Source: Eledone cirrhosa
Taxonomy: Eukaryota
DNA length: 64,000 bases
Direction: 5' to 3'
NCBI GenBank assembly: GCA_964016885.1
Contig: OZ024759.1
Location: 14,260,001 to 14,324,000 of the forward strand
The notes below the pieces were generated by a model. It was not told where the DNA came from and searched no databases. It worked only from the letters and a program-made list of their open reading frames with translations. The translations under genes were made by a program, and so were the position numbers. Shown one piece after another: positions 36,404 through 48,030 of the stretch (position 1 is its first letter; every line of letters starts with the position of its first letter).

Positions 36404-36786
36404 TAGTGAAATAGAGCTTCCGCTGTATTTTTTACTAAGTAAATTAGCCTAATAGTTGGAGTTATAAAAACCCACAGAATGGAAAAAGGATGGGCATTGA
36501 CGTACGTGGGATACAAACCAACATATTTGGCTACCATGGCCACTATGCTAACCATTTACACTAATATGTCACCCATCTTTTTCCATTCAATTTTGAAGCT
36601 ATATACTCATAGCGTATGAATACATGTATATAAGATACAAAGCTTAAGCTTTTGTTTACAAACAGTGGAGAATTTGAAAATTAAATAGTGAAATGGAGCT
36701 TCTGCTGTATTTTACATTCTGTGGGTTTTTATTACTCCAACTAGTAGGCTAATTTACTTAGTCAAAAATACAGTGGAAACTCTATA
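36404..36786. mobile_element. Fold-back/MITE-like element with about 70-bp inverted repeats and an internal tRNA-like segment
   Basis: 36411-36481 is the near reverse complement of 36715-36785; minus strand 36505-36562 has A-box-like tagtgtaaatggttagc and B-box-like ggtttgtatccc. Confidence 0.6.
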
Positions 36787-37094
36787 GTCCTGACATAATT
36801 TGTGTGATTGTATGATATTGAAGTAACAGCTTTGAAAATTTATTTTTGCTTCATTAGAAGTGGTGGTAGATGAATTGTTGTGGTGGTTTCGATAATTGCC
36901 GAAGGAACAGTTCCAGAAAGAGTTAAATGCTTCGCATAAGCATTGTAAAGATATCACATTGAATGGAGATTATGTTTTGCAGAATAAATAACTTTTAGTT
37001 TCAATATGTTGTGCATTTTCATTTAAAGGGTTATTCTAAAGTCTTTATTGCCACACCAAGTATATAATGTTGTTGTCATTGTCATTGTATGTAG

Positions 37095-37370
37095 GTGTAC
37101 CACAGAAGGCCAATGTTACGTTAAGCTGTTGTGTATGCAGCAAGATATTTGCCAGCCAGAAACTTCTAGCACAACACATTAGGTCAGTCCACCCTGATGT
37201 CACATCTCGACGGTTGCACTGTCAGTTCTGCAATAGAGGGTTCACATCAACAACCAAACTAAAGACACACCTGCTGACCCACATTGGTGCCAAACCCCAC
37301 TCATGTTCACAGTGTGGCAAGAGATTCACTGACCAGAGTAACCTTCGCATGCACCTGTATATTCATACAG
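37095..37370 (+). CDS. PRDM4: PRDM4 coding exon 8 (C2H2 fingers 1-3)
   Basis: tgtatgtag acceptor; three C2H2 fingers ending FTDQSNLRMHLYIHT; donor cag|gtaagt; 276 nt, phase 1-1. Confidence 0.93.
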
Positions 37371-38019
37371 GTAAGTTCACATCTGACTGACTTCATTTAT
37401 TAGTTAACCCTTTGACTTTTTATATTTTTAGGGTCAATAAAATAAGGTCGCCATCCAGAATGGTAGATGTGTGGAATTATTAGACTGTTCTTGTGGTTAT
37501 AGTTCTGGCTCTTACTAGTCTGAGTTCAAAGAACCTTAAAACACTCTTGTTATCTAATTTCATCATCATTATCACCATCAACAATCATCATCATCACCAT
37601 CATTACCATCATCACCAACATCATCATCATCGTCTACATTATTGTCATCAACATCATCATCACTACCGCCATCATCATCATCATCATCATCATCATCACC
37701 ACCCCATCCCCAGCATCATCAACATCTAGATTATCATCATCACCATCATCATCGTCATCATCACCAACATGATCATTATCACCATTATCATCATCATCTA
37801 CATTATGATCAACATCATCATCACCAACATCATCATCAACATCACCAACATCATCATCAACACTACTGTTTAACGTCTATTTTCCATGCTTGCATGGGCT
37901 AGACAGTTTGTCATGAACTGAGTCTAAACTGCTTAGGTGACCACATCTTGCTCATATACTCCATTTTTGGCATGGTTTCTATAGCTGGATGACCCCCCTT
38001 AGTGCTAACCACTTTACAG

Positions 38020-38336
38020 TGTATACTGGGAAATTTTTTGTGATACCAGCACTGTCACCTTACAGAGTGGATTGGATGTTTTTTTATCATGGCACCAGCA
38101 CTACCACCTTACAGAGTGTACTGGGTGCTTTTTGTCAAGGTACTAGTACTACCACCTTACAGGGTATACAAGGTGCTTTTTATTGTGGCACCAGCACTAC
38201 CACCTTACATGGTTGACTGGTGCTTTTTGTCATGGCACCAGCAGTACCACCTTATGGGGTGGACTGGGTGTTTTTTGTCATGGCACCAGCACTACCACCT
38301 TACAGAGTGGACTGGGTGTTTTTTATCATGGCACCT
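38020..38336. repeat. About 48-bp tandem repeat derived from an RTE-related interspersed repeat
   Basis: Six or more units of ggcaccagcactaccaccttacagagtggactgggtgctttttgtcat; the same motif occurs at 16045-16085, 28640-28735 and 31735-31930. Confidence 0.85.
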
Positions 38337-38395
38337 ATATTTATTATCTATTTTATTTTATTAAGTTACATTTCTTTATCTTTTCTTTCAACTAG

Positions 38396-39189
38396 GTGAG
38401 AGGAAATTTGCATGCAGCATCTGCAAGAAACAGTTCCGCCAGAAAGCTCACCTGACATCGCACATGTTCACCCACACAGGTGAGAAAAAGCTACAGTGTC
38501 AGTTCTGTGAGAAGATGTTCTCTCGTTCCTCTGACCTTAAACAACACCAGTACCAGCACACACGCGAGAAACTCTACAACTGTTCACACTGTGATAAGAG
38601 CTTCTATAAAATACAGAACTTTAAGAAACATTTGAAAATACATTCCGGAGAGCGTAACTACACCTGTGTGAAGTGTCCCAAGTCGTTCTACACCAAATAT
38701 CACTTGAAACGGCACAGTGGCACATGTAAGGGTAGTAGAAACCCTACTGCTGTTGCTGTTGCTACTCCTACTGCTGGTGACGATGGTGGGGGTTGTGATG
38801 GTGGTGGCATTGTGAGTGATGATGATGGTGGTGGTGGTGGTGGTGATATAGGTGGTAGTGGTGGTGTCAGCAGTGGTACGTGTAGTGAGGAGAGAATGAC
38901 AGTGGCACTGCAATCAGAAAGCTGTGACCTCCTCCGCGTCGCCGACACATCCGGTGGCATTGCTGTGGCTGTCGATGACTGCCGCGATGACAATAACAAA
39001 GTCAAAGACGTTGATGATAATGATGTTAACGAGGGTGAGGAGATGGGAGATGACGACGACGATGATGATGATGATGATGATGAAGATGCCGATGCTGTTA
39101 TCGACGAAAATGACGATGAGGAGGCAGATGAGGAGGTTGAAGATGATGACGATGATGATAATGATGATGACAATGATGATGATGAAGAA

Positions 39190-39223
<34 letters not shown>

Positions 39224-39234
39224 GTGTAACATAA
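38396..39234 (+). CDS. PRDM4: PRDM4 terminal coding exon (fingers 4-7 and acidic tail)
   Basis: ttctttcaactag acceptor; QKAHLTSHM, DLKQH and TKYHLKRHSGTCKG (C2HC last finger, as in PRDM4 TKYHLTRHLKTCKG), then an Asp/Glu-rich tail; stop TAA ends at 39234. Confidence 0.93.
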
Positions 39235-39303
39235 CAAAGACCTAGGCTCTAATGGTGTAAACCTTAAACATAATTATTAATATTGTTGTTGTTGTTTCAT
39301 CCA

Positions 39304-39309
39304 AATAAA
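39304..39309 (+). promoter_or_regulatory. Possible polyadenylation signal of PRDM4
   Basis: First AATAAA about 70 nt after the stop codon. The AT-rich context makes this weak. Confidence 0.25.
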
Positions 39310-39435
39310 TTGGAAATTTTGTCCTTAAGGTTGGGTCACAACTAGGTTAAAATAAAGTACCAGTAATGCACTTGGGTCGATTTAATCAACCTTCTCCTGT
39401 TCCAAATTTGCTGGCCTTGTGCCAAAATCAGAAAA

Positions 39436-39469
<34 letters not shown>

Positions 39470-39687
39470 TGAACGCCATGATTTGCAGCATAGAGTTATG
39501 GCCCTTTATGGTCTGAGTTCAAATCCCTCCGAGGTTAACTTTGCCTTTCATCCTTACGGGGTCGATGAAATAAAGTACCAGTAATGCACTGGGTTAATTG
39601 CTGGCCTTGTGCCAAAAGTAGAAACAATTATTATTGTTAAAATTGTTATAACTATTATAATCATCATTGACCACCACCATCATCATT

Positions 39688-39728
<41 letters not shown>

Positions 39729-40009
39729 TTCATCTGCTTTTGTTTTTTTCCATGCTGGCATGGGTTCGACGGGTTTAGTGCACTCCTTCATCATCTGACA
39801 TTCGCAATAAAGTGATAACCTCTAATCTCTGTTGTTATATATGTTGTATGTGATTATTTGTCTTAGCACGGTTTCTTTTTTGCAGCTGGATGCCCTCCTT
39901 GTCACCAACCATCTTCCAACATGCTCCTCTGCTGCCATTTTATTGTGTCACAGACACTTAAGTGGTTGTTTGCAGAAAAAAACTACGGTTATAGTTTTCT
40001 AAACTGTTT

Positions 40010-40512
40010 GTAACAACACCTTAGTATTCTATAAATAATCTCTGGTGTGTCACAACACCTTAGTATGTCATTAATAACCCCTGGTGTGTCACAACACCTT
40101 AGTATTCTATAAATAATCTCTGGTGTGTCACAACACCTTAGTATGTCATTAATAACCCCTGGTGTGTCACAACACCTTAGTATTCTATAAATAACCCCTG
40201 GTGTGTGTCACAACAACTTAGTGTACCATTACTAATCCCTATTGTGTCACAACACTTTAGTGTGCCATAATCTCTGGTGTGTCACAACACCTTAGTATGT
40301 CATTAATAACCCCTGGTGTGTCACAACACCTTAGTATTCTATAAATAACCCCTGGTGTGTGTCACAACAACTTAGTGTACCATTACTAATCTCTATTGTG
40401 TCACAACAATTTAGTGTGCCATAATCTATGGTGTGTCACAACACCTTAGTATGACATTACTAATCTCTGGTATGTCACAACACCTTAGTGCGCCATTACT
40501 AACCTCTGGTGT
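40010..40512. repeat. 39-bp minisatellite with palindromic core (CTGGTGTGTCACAACACCTTAGT plus about 16 variable nt)
   Basis: About 13 units; the variable parts recur in a higher-order pattern. Confidence 0.92.
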
Positions 40513-40810
40513 GCCATCAATATTTGATAAATTGATACTTTATTCCCGTTTATTAATTATATATGCACATATAACGGTGGATTGGCAGAATCGGTAGAGC
40601 GTGAGACACCGTGCTTTGTAGCATAGAGTTATGTCCCATTTACGTCCTGAGGTCAAATCCTGCTGAAGTTAACTTCGCCTTTCATCCTTACGGGGTCAAT
40701 AAAATAAAGTACCAGTAATACACTGGGGTAATTGCTGGCCTTGTGCCAAAAGTAGAAAGAATTATTATCATATATGGACATAAATACACTTGCACACACA
40801 CACATACCTA

Positions 40811-40962
40811 CAAGTAAAATTCTGTTATAACGAATACCATTATAACAAATCTTTCATTAAGACCGCACTCTCAATATGTTAGGTCGATGTCGTTATAAAG
40901 AATTTTTCGTTACTACGAATTTTTTTAGACCTCGTAAATTTCGTTATAACGGAATTTCAATG
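40811..40962. mobile_element. Tc1/mariner (pogo/Tigger-type) MITE
   Basis: TA-flanked; TIRs CAAGTAAAATTCTGTTATAACGAA / TTCGTTATAACGGAATTTCAATG. Confidence 0.75.
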
Positions 40963-41298
40963 TATATACATTTAAATACACTTGCACATACCTACATCTA
41001 TATGTACACCCTCCCATACAAACACATATCTACACACACATCTATACATACACATGCATACACACATACCAACACATATACAACTACAAACACATACATA
41101 CACACACATACCAACACACACGCCCCTCCCTCCCCCCAATGATGTCTGTGGCAGTCCTCCACCCACAACTCACTAAATCTGACTCTCTAATCTTATTGTA
41201 TACAAATGAAACTATTTTGTTGTGTCCTCAGGTGTGTATATATAGGTATACACACATATAATCATGAATATATATATGTATGTATATATGTATATACA

Positions 41299-41332
<34 letters not shown>

Positions 41333-41743
41333 GTGTGTATGTGTGTGTTTGTGGGAACATACACACACATGTATACGCACCCCTATGTATATACACATAT
41401 ATACATACATACATACATACATACATACATACATACATACATACACACACATGTATATATACATATATGAATGTGTGTATGTGTATATATATATATATAT
41501 ATACATATACATACATATATCTATATATAAATATATATATATATATATATGTATAAGTGTGTGTATGTGTATATATATATGTATGTGTGTATATATACAT
41601 ATGTATGTATGTGTGTATATATATATATGTATGTGTGTATGTGTATATATATATATGTATGTGTTTATGTGTATATATATATATTTATATATGTATGTAT
41701 GTGATTATGTGTATATATATATATATATTTATATATGTATGTA

Positions 41744-41786
<43 letters not shown>

Positions 41787-42084
41787 GTATATATATATCT
41801 ATATGTATGTGTGTATGTGTATATATATGTATCTATGTATGTGTGTGTGTATATATATATGTGTGTGTGTGTGCAATACTGAAATCCTTGACACTGACTC
41901 CATCTCAACACCATGTGAGTCATGTCAACGGTTTGTGACACATACACATACGTGTATAGACACACAAACACATATACTCACACACACACACACACACACT
42001 CATATTTACCTTTGACATATCTATGTAGAATACACCTTTAATTACAACCGCGCCTCCCCAATATGAGTAGAAGGTATCACAATC

Positions 42085-43095
42085 GTCATCATCATCATTA
42101 CTGTCATCATCACCATCGCCATCACCACCATCATCATCACCACTATCATTAACATCACTGCCACCACCACCAGCACCATCATCATCACCACCATCACCAC
42201 CACCTCCAACATCACCACCACCACCACCACCACCATCATCATCACCATCACCATCATTTACCACAATCATTACTATCACTGACGCCATCACCGCCACCCC
42301 TGTCACCACTCCCACCACCATCATCACCACAACAACCACCATCACCACCACCATCATCATCACAACCTCCACCACTGCCAACACCATCATCACCACAACA
42401 ACTGCCATCACCACCACAACAACCATCACCACAACCACAACCACAACAACAACAACCATCATCACAACCACCACCACCACAACAACAACAACCATCACCA
42501 CCACCATCATTACCATCACCACCACCACCACCACAACAACCATCACCACCACCACAACAACAACAACCATCAACACAACCACCACCACAACACCAACAAC
42601 CATCACCACAACCACCACCACCACAACAACAACCATCACCACCACCACCACCACCACAACACCAACAACCATCACCACCACCACCACCACCACAACACCA
42701 ACAACCATCACCACAACCACCACCACAACAACAACAACCATCACCACAACCACCACCACCACAACAACAACAACCATCACCACCACCACCACCACCACCA
42801 CAACAACAACCATCACCACAACCACCACCACCACAACAACAACCATCACCACAACCACCACCACCACCACAACAACCATCACCGCAACCACCACCACCAC
42901 AACAACCATCACCACCACCACCACAACAACAACAACCATCACCACAACCACCACCACCACCACCACCACAACAACCATCACCACAACCACCACCACCACA
43001 ACAACAACCATCACCACAACCACCACCACCACCACAACAACCATCACCACAACCACCACCACCACAACAACAACCATCACCACAAACTCCACCAC
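42085..43095. repeat. ACC/AAC/ATC triplet satellite
   Basis: Direct inspection. Confidence 0.95.
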
Positions 43096-43336
43096 TGTAG
43101 CTGTAATCCTTATATAAAACAAACAAACATTCCCGCGCGTTACACCCCCTCCCCCGTCTACCCCCACCTTATCTGTACCACCCACCCCCTTCTACTCCCA
43201 CCTCATGCCCACCCCCCATATCTCTATCACCACTGAATTTCTAGCGACCTCTAGTGTCATATTAAACACCTAATCCTGCCTTCCAGCTTTTCACTCATCT
43301 ATTCTCAACCCCACACAGATATCCCCCCCTCCTCCC

Positions 43337-43443
<107 letters not shown>

Positions 43444-43479
43444 GTGTGTGTGTGTATGTGAAAACTAAACGGAAAAAGC

Positions 43480-43870
43480 AAAGTAAACAATACAGTACAA
43501 TGAAGAAATATATTAGTTTGACGCTTGATGTAGTAGGAAAAGAGTCTTAACGTTTCTGACACTAGTCCTTCATCAGAAGATAGAATGAGAATTAAAGATG
43601 AAATAGAGAGATATCGTGTAAGAAGAGGAAGAAACGGAAACATTTCTTTAAGAAAAGAAACTTGTGTGTTCAGTCTGCGATTTTAGGGAGAACATACACT
43701 CACACACACATATATGTAAAAGGTAAACAGAAATAACGACACAATCGGTACAGTATAAGGAAAGAAAACATTAGGTTAACGCTTGAAATAGCACGAAGAG
43801 GGTCTTAACTTTTCGGACGTTAGTCCTTCATCTGAAGAAAGAATGAGAAATTAGATAAATTGAAGGGACA
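43480..43870 (-). mobile_element. Two tandem Penelope-type terminal repeats, each with a minimal hammerhead (43545-43580, 43803-43838)
   Basis: TCTT-CTGATGA-AGGACTAGTGTCA-GAAACGTT-AAGA and a decayed second copy TCTT-CAGATGA-AGGACTAACGTCC-GAAAAGTT-AAGA, 258 bp apart. Penelope assignment is inferred from the motif type. Confidence 0.65.
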
Positions 43871-43932
43871 GGCGTGGTAGAATTTGAAAAAATGTTTTTA
43901 GAGAAAAATAACAGGTGCATTCAATTTGCTAA

Positions 43933-43989
<57 letters not shown>

Positions 43990-44209
43990 GAGAGAGAGAG
44001 AGAGAGAGAGTGAGAGAGAATGGAAGTGAGCAGAGATTTAGAGGAAAGTTCGACTCAGTACTTGACTGGTACTTTCTTTTATCAGCCTCGAATGGATGAA
44101 AAGCAAAGTTGATCTCCACGCAATTTGAACTCGGAAAGTAGAGAGTGAAACGAAGGCCGTAGACCATTGTATCCGACGCTCTAACGACTCTGCCAATTCG
44201 CTGCATATA

Positions 44210-44369
44210 CAGTGAAATTCTGTTATAACGAAAGTCACAAAATAGTCATTATAACGAGATCGACCGAAACAAATCGAGCGTTTGTTTGTTTCTAACTCAT
44301 GGATTGATAAAAATTCGGTATATTGAAAAATTCGTTATAATGTCATTCGTTATAACGGAATTTTACCTG
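44210..44369. mobile_element. Tc1/mariner (pogo/Tigger-type) MITE
   Basis: TA-flanked; TIRs CAGTGAAATTCTGTTATAACGAA / TTCGTTATAACGGAATTTTACCTG; same family as 40811. Confidence 0.75.
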
Positions 44370-44387
44370 TATATATTTGTCGGATCG

Positions 44388-44477
44388 CCAGTCTGAAGAG
44401 CAGATCGATAATGGAGTCTGGTTCATAACTTCTCTGGGGGGCTCTGAGCCAATCCTCAGCGAAATGTGCGTAACAGG
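44388..44477 (+). ncRNA. Degenerate hammerhead motif (CUGAAGA type)
   Basis: CCAGT-CTGAAGA-GC...GC-GAAA-TGTGCG-TA-ACAGG, followed by AATAAA. Confidence 0.55.
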
Positions 44478-44759
44478 TCGATACACAATAAAAATCTAAT
44501 ATATGTGTATATATATATATATAAATATATTGGTCTTAAGCTTTCTGAAAGACATCTTTGTAAGCACGTATCGATATCAGAATAAAAATATACGCCTATG
44601 CGGCAGGTGCTATCAGTATATTTGCTCACTTATCTATATCGATCTACCTACTTACCGGCATATCTGCTTTTCTGCATTCATCCAATTATCTATCATTCTA
44701 TATTTTGCATGTGTGTATGTATGTGTTTATGTATATATGTATGTATGTGTGCATGTGTG

Positions 44760-44793
<34 letters not shown>

Positions 44794-44899
44794 TGTATGT
44801 ATGTATGTATGTATGTATGTATGTGTGTATGTGTATGTGTATGTGTATGTATGTATGTGTGTATGTGTGTGTATGTATGTATACTTTTATGTATGTATG

Positions 44900-45804
44900 T
44901 TCTTCTGGTTTTATAATTTCACAAAGTTTTACCAATAGAGAGAGAGAGTCGGTTTCTAACATAGACACAAGACTCTCTCATTGGAATTTACACAACATCA
45001 ACTAGGTAGATTATGTATGCATGCATGTGTAGATATGGATGTTATTGTATGTGTGGATGTGGATGTTTTGAGTTGTATGTGTACATGTTTATATGCTTTG
45101 CATCTGTACATGTGTATATGAAGTTATTAGATGTAAAATGTTTGGAATGTTTTACATATTTTTACTGTTCCATTAATGGATTGTACTTGCAATTTCCTAA
45201 CTAGTTGTGTTCTTTCTGTTCCTGTGAAGCCCAGCTTCTCAAGATTTGTATTGAAGCAGTTACTAACATACCCCAGTGCCCCAATAATCACAGACATAAA
45301 TCTGAAGGTGTAATCAAGGTGGAGTATCTGCAGATTTTTCATCAGTTCTGCATAAATATTCTCCTTTTCGCTAATCTTTGATATTATATTTGCATCTGCT
45401 GGGCAGCTAATTTCCACTACTGTGCATGCTTTCTTCTCCCTGTCCCATATCATAATATCTGGTCTGTTATGCCTGCATTTTATTGGGGTTTTTACTGGAA
45501 CATTCCACCAGTACTCTTTCATATTATGTACATGGATTTCTTCCACATTGCTGTAGCTTTTAATGTGTTTATTATCGGGACTATCTTTTTTACGAACTGC
45601 ATTGTACAGTGTTTTGGCCACTACATCATGCCTCATAGGTAGATAGTACCGCGATGACATCTTTGGACAGCTGCTGATGACATGGGTGATATCCTCGATG
45701 TTAGTTCTGCAGAGTCTGCACTTGTTATCACATCGAGGTGTTTTGCCTGCATCCCTATCTCTTTTGTGAATCAGGTATTTCTAGTTAATCTCCTGTTCTT
45801 GGAT
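44900..45804 (-). mobile_element. R4/Dong-like non-LTR retrotransposon 3' part (CCHC finger plus RLE endonuclease), family A
   Basis: CRLC...HVISSC, RHD, NRPDIMIWD, VEISCP, KENIY, IIGALG; (CATA)n on both flanks. Confidence 0.88.
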
Positions 45805-46204
45805 TGTATGTATGTATGTCTGTATGTATGTATATATGTATGTATGTATGTATGTATGTGTCAGGTCACCAGTTGGTGCTACTGGTAACATGTATCCCAG
45901 TACAACCTGTCTCATGGTCGGGTCGTTGGCGACTAAACTGGCAACCCCATCAAGGTTTCTTGGTGAGGAGGGTGACTTTGGACATCAAGTTTCAAGCACA
46001 AGCATCACTTGATCTAAACCAGTATTTCTCAACCCTTCCTTCCTTGTGGTTCATGTTTGGTGTCAAAAGCATTTCAGGCCCACATAAAGTCAAATAGAAA
46101 TTCCATCTAAGAGGAAATACATTTTATTTACAAAAGGAAAATGTAGTAGAAAATATAAATCCTGACTAATGACTACATCACTCTTGGTGTCTATCTATCA
46201 ACTA

Positions 46205-46491
46205 GTGAATGATCCTTCTCTGTATATAAGCCTGTAGGTTGAGGAAGGTAAACAGAGGGAAGACGGGAACACCTACAAAACGTGTTCCTGGTGTTGAGGA
46301 TTGTTCTATCCACGGGGTGTAAAACAACTCTGCAATAACGTTCTCCCCTATTGGGGATTTCAATTGTTATTTTATTATATATAGCTTATTGTTATCTATT
46401 AATGTTAAAGTTATATGATTTTTATGTAAAACCCCCGCCGTCAAGTCTTGTAATGTCCCATTTGTTTACGCTCCTGTGGCAAATAAAGAAA
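46205..46491 (+). mobile_element. Tx1/L1-like LINE 3' fragment, subfamily A
   Basis: Matches 54400-54681; tctatctatc upstream and tatatctatc downstream. Confidence 0.8.
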
Positions 46492-46494
46492 TAT

Positions 46495-46925
46495 ATCTAT
46501 CAGCTTCTCAAGTTGAACTTCCAAGTCTTGGTTCAGCTTCAGGTGTAAGTCTCCTCTCTTTTCGATCTGCATTAAATTACGGTTCTTCGCAAGTACATCA
46601 TTTGCTGCAGAAAATCCCGCCATAACCAAACAAGTAAGAATGGAACAACCTTTTCCAAGAACAAAGGTTGGAAGGATTTTATTTTCAGCCATTCAATCAA
46701 TTCTTCCCTTTCAATTCTCTCCATCAATACTTTGTTTTCATTCAGTTCAAGAAGTTCTACAGCAATAATGGTATCAATGTCACCCAAGACATTAAAATGT
46801 ACTATGTCCATAACTCTTGAGTCGTTGGGGCGCCGCATTTTTATACGGCGTTTCTAAGGCATCTTTTAAAACCTGACAGAGTTCATCTCCTCTCCTGGTC
46901 TGAATACAGTAGATTTCTTTCAGAG
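46495..46925 (-). pseudogene. hAT (Buster/Charlie-like) transposase C-terminal remnant
   Basis: Frameshifted peptide GFSAANDVLAKNRNLMQIEKRGDLHLKL resembles the Buster-type GFS...KxRNxLxIxxRGDLRL dimerisation region. Confidence 0.6.
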
Positions 46926-46979
46926 AAGGATAGAGAGTGAGAGAATGGAAGTGAGAAAGAGATACAGAGGAAGAATCTA

Positions 46980-48030
46980 CCCCAGTACTTGACTGGTACT
47001 TCTTGTTATCGATCTCGTATGGATGAAAGGTAAAGTTGATCTCGGCAGGATTTGAACTCAAAGAGCAGAGAGCCGAAACGAATGCCGCAAAGCTTTATAT
47101 CCAACAGTCTAACGACTCTGCCAAATCACCATTTTCTATAATCCATTTAGGCCACAAGGAGGGAGGGGGAATCGATTGAATCGAACCCAGTACGTTACGG
47201 ATACGTTATTTTATCGACTGTGTAAGGATGGAAGACAAAGCTAACCTCGGCGGGATTTGAACTCAGAATGTTAAGGGCCGTAACTCTATGCTTCGAAGCA
47301 TTTTGTCTGACGCTCTGCCGACCCTGCAAATCCACTCCCCCTCCTTCTTTTCTAATAATTGTTTCTGATTTAGGCACAAGGCCAACGATTTTAAGGGAGG
47401 GAGAAGTCGATTAAATCGACCCAGTGCATTACTGGTGCTTTATTTTTACGACTCCGTAAGGATGAAAGGCAAAGCTCACCTCGGAGGGATTTTAATTCAG
47501 AATGAAAAGGGCCATAACTAAATACTGCACAGCATTTTGTCTGAGGTTCTAACGATTCTGTCAATCCACCGCCTTACCCTCCTAATAATAATTTCTTTAT
47601 TAACAATAATAATTCCTTTCTAATATTTGTTTCTACTTTTGGCACAAGGCCAGCAATTACCCCAGTGCATTACTGGTACTTTATTTTATTGACCCCGTAT
47701 CGATGAAAGGCAAATAACCTCGGCGGGATTTGAACTCAGACCGCAAAGGGACATAACTCTATGCTGCAAAGCATGGCGTCTGACCCTCTACAGATAGTGC
47801 CAATTATAAAAATTATGATTTCTAGTATAGGCACAAGGCCAGTAATTTGGGGGAGGGGAAAGTCGATTAAATCGATCCCAGTACGTTACTGGTGCTTTAT
47901 TTTATCGACCCTCGTAAGGATGAAAGGCAAAGTTAACCTCGGCGGGATTTGAACTCAGACCGTAAAGGACCGTAACTCAATGCTGCAAAGCATGGCCTCT
48001 GACCCTCTACCGATAGTGTCAATTATAAAA
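46980..48030 (-). mobile_element. Head-to-tail cluster of about five family-1 SINEs
   Basis: gatgaaaggcaaagttaacctcggcgggatttgaactc-like core recurs at about 47025, 47230, 47462, 47703 and 47920, all in the same orientation. Confidence 0.85.

Noticed and set aside
35281-39234. Assignment as PRDM9, PRDM1, PRDM10 or PRDM15
   Set aside because: No KRAB/SSXRD or tandem near-identical finger array; finger sequences, the terminal C2HC TCKG and the SRARLSLP knuckle fit PRDM4 best by recall, pending phylogeny.
40010-40512. CRISPR array
   Set aside because: Linkers are only 12-16 nt, mutually similar and reused; no cas genes; eukaryotic context.
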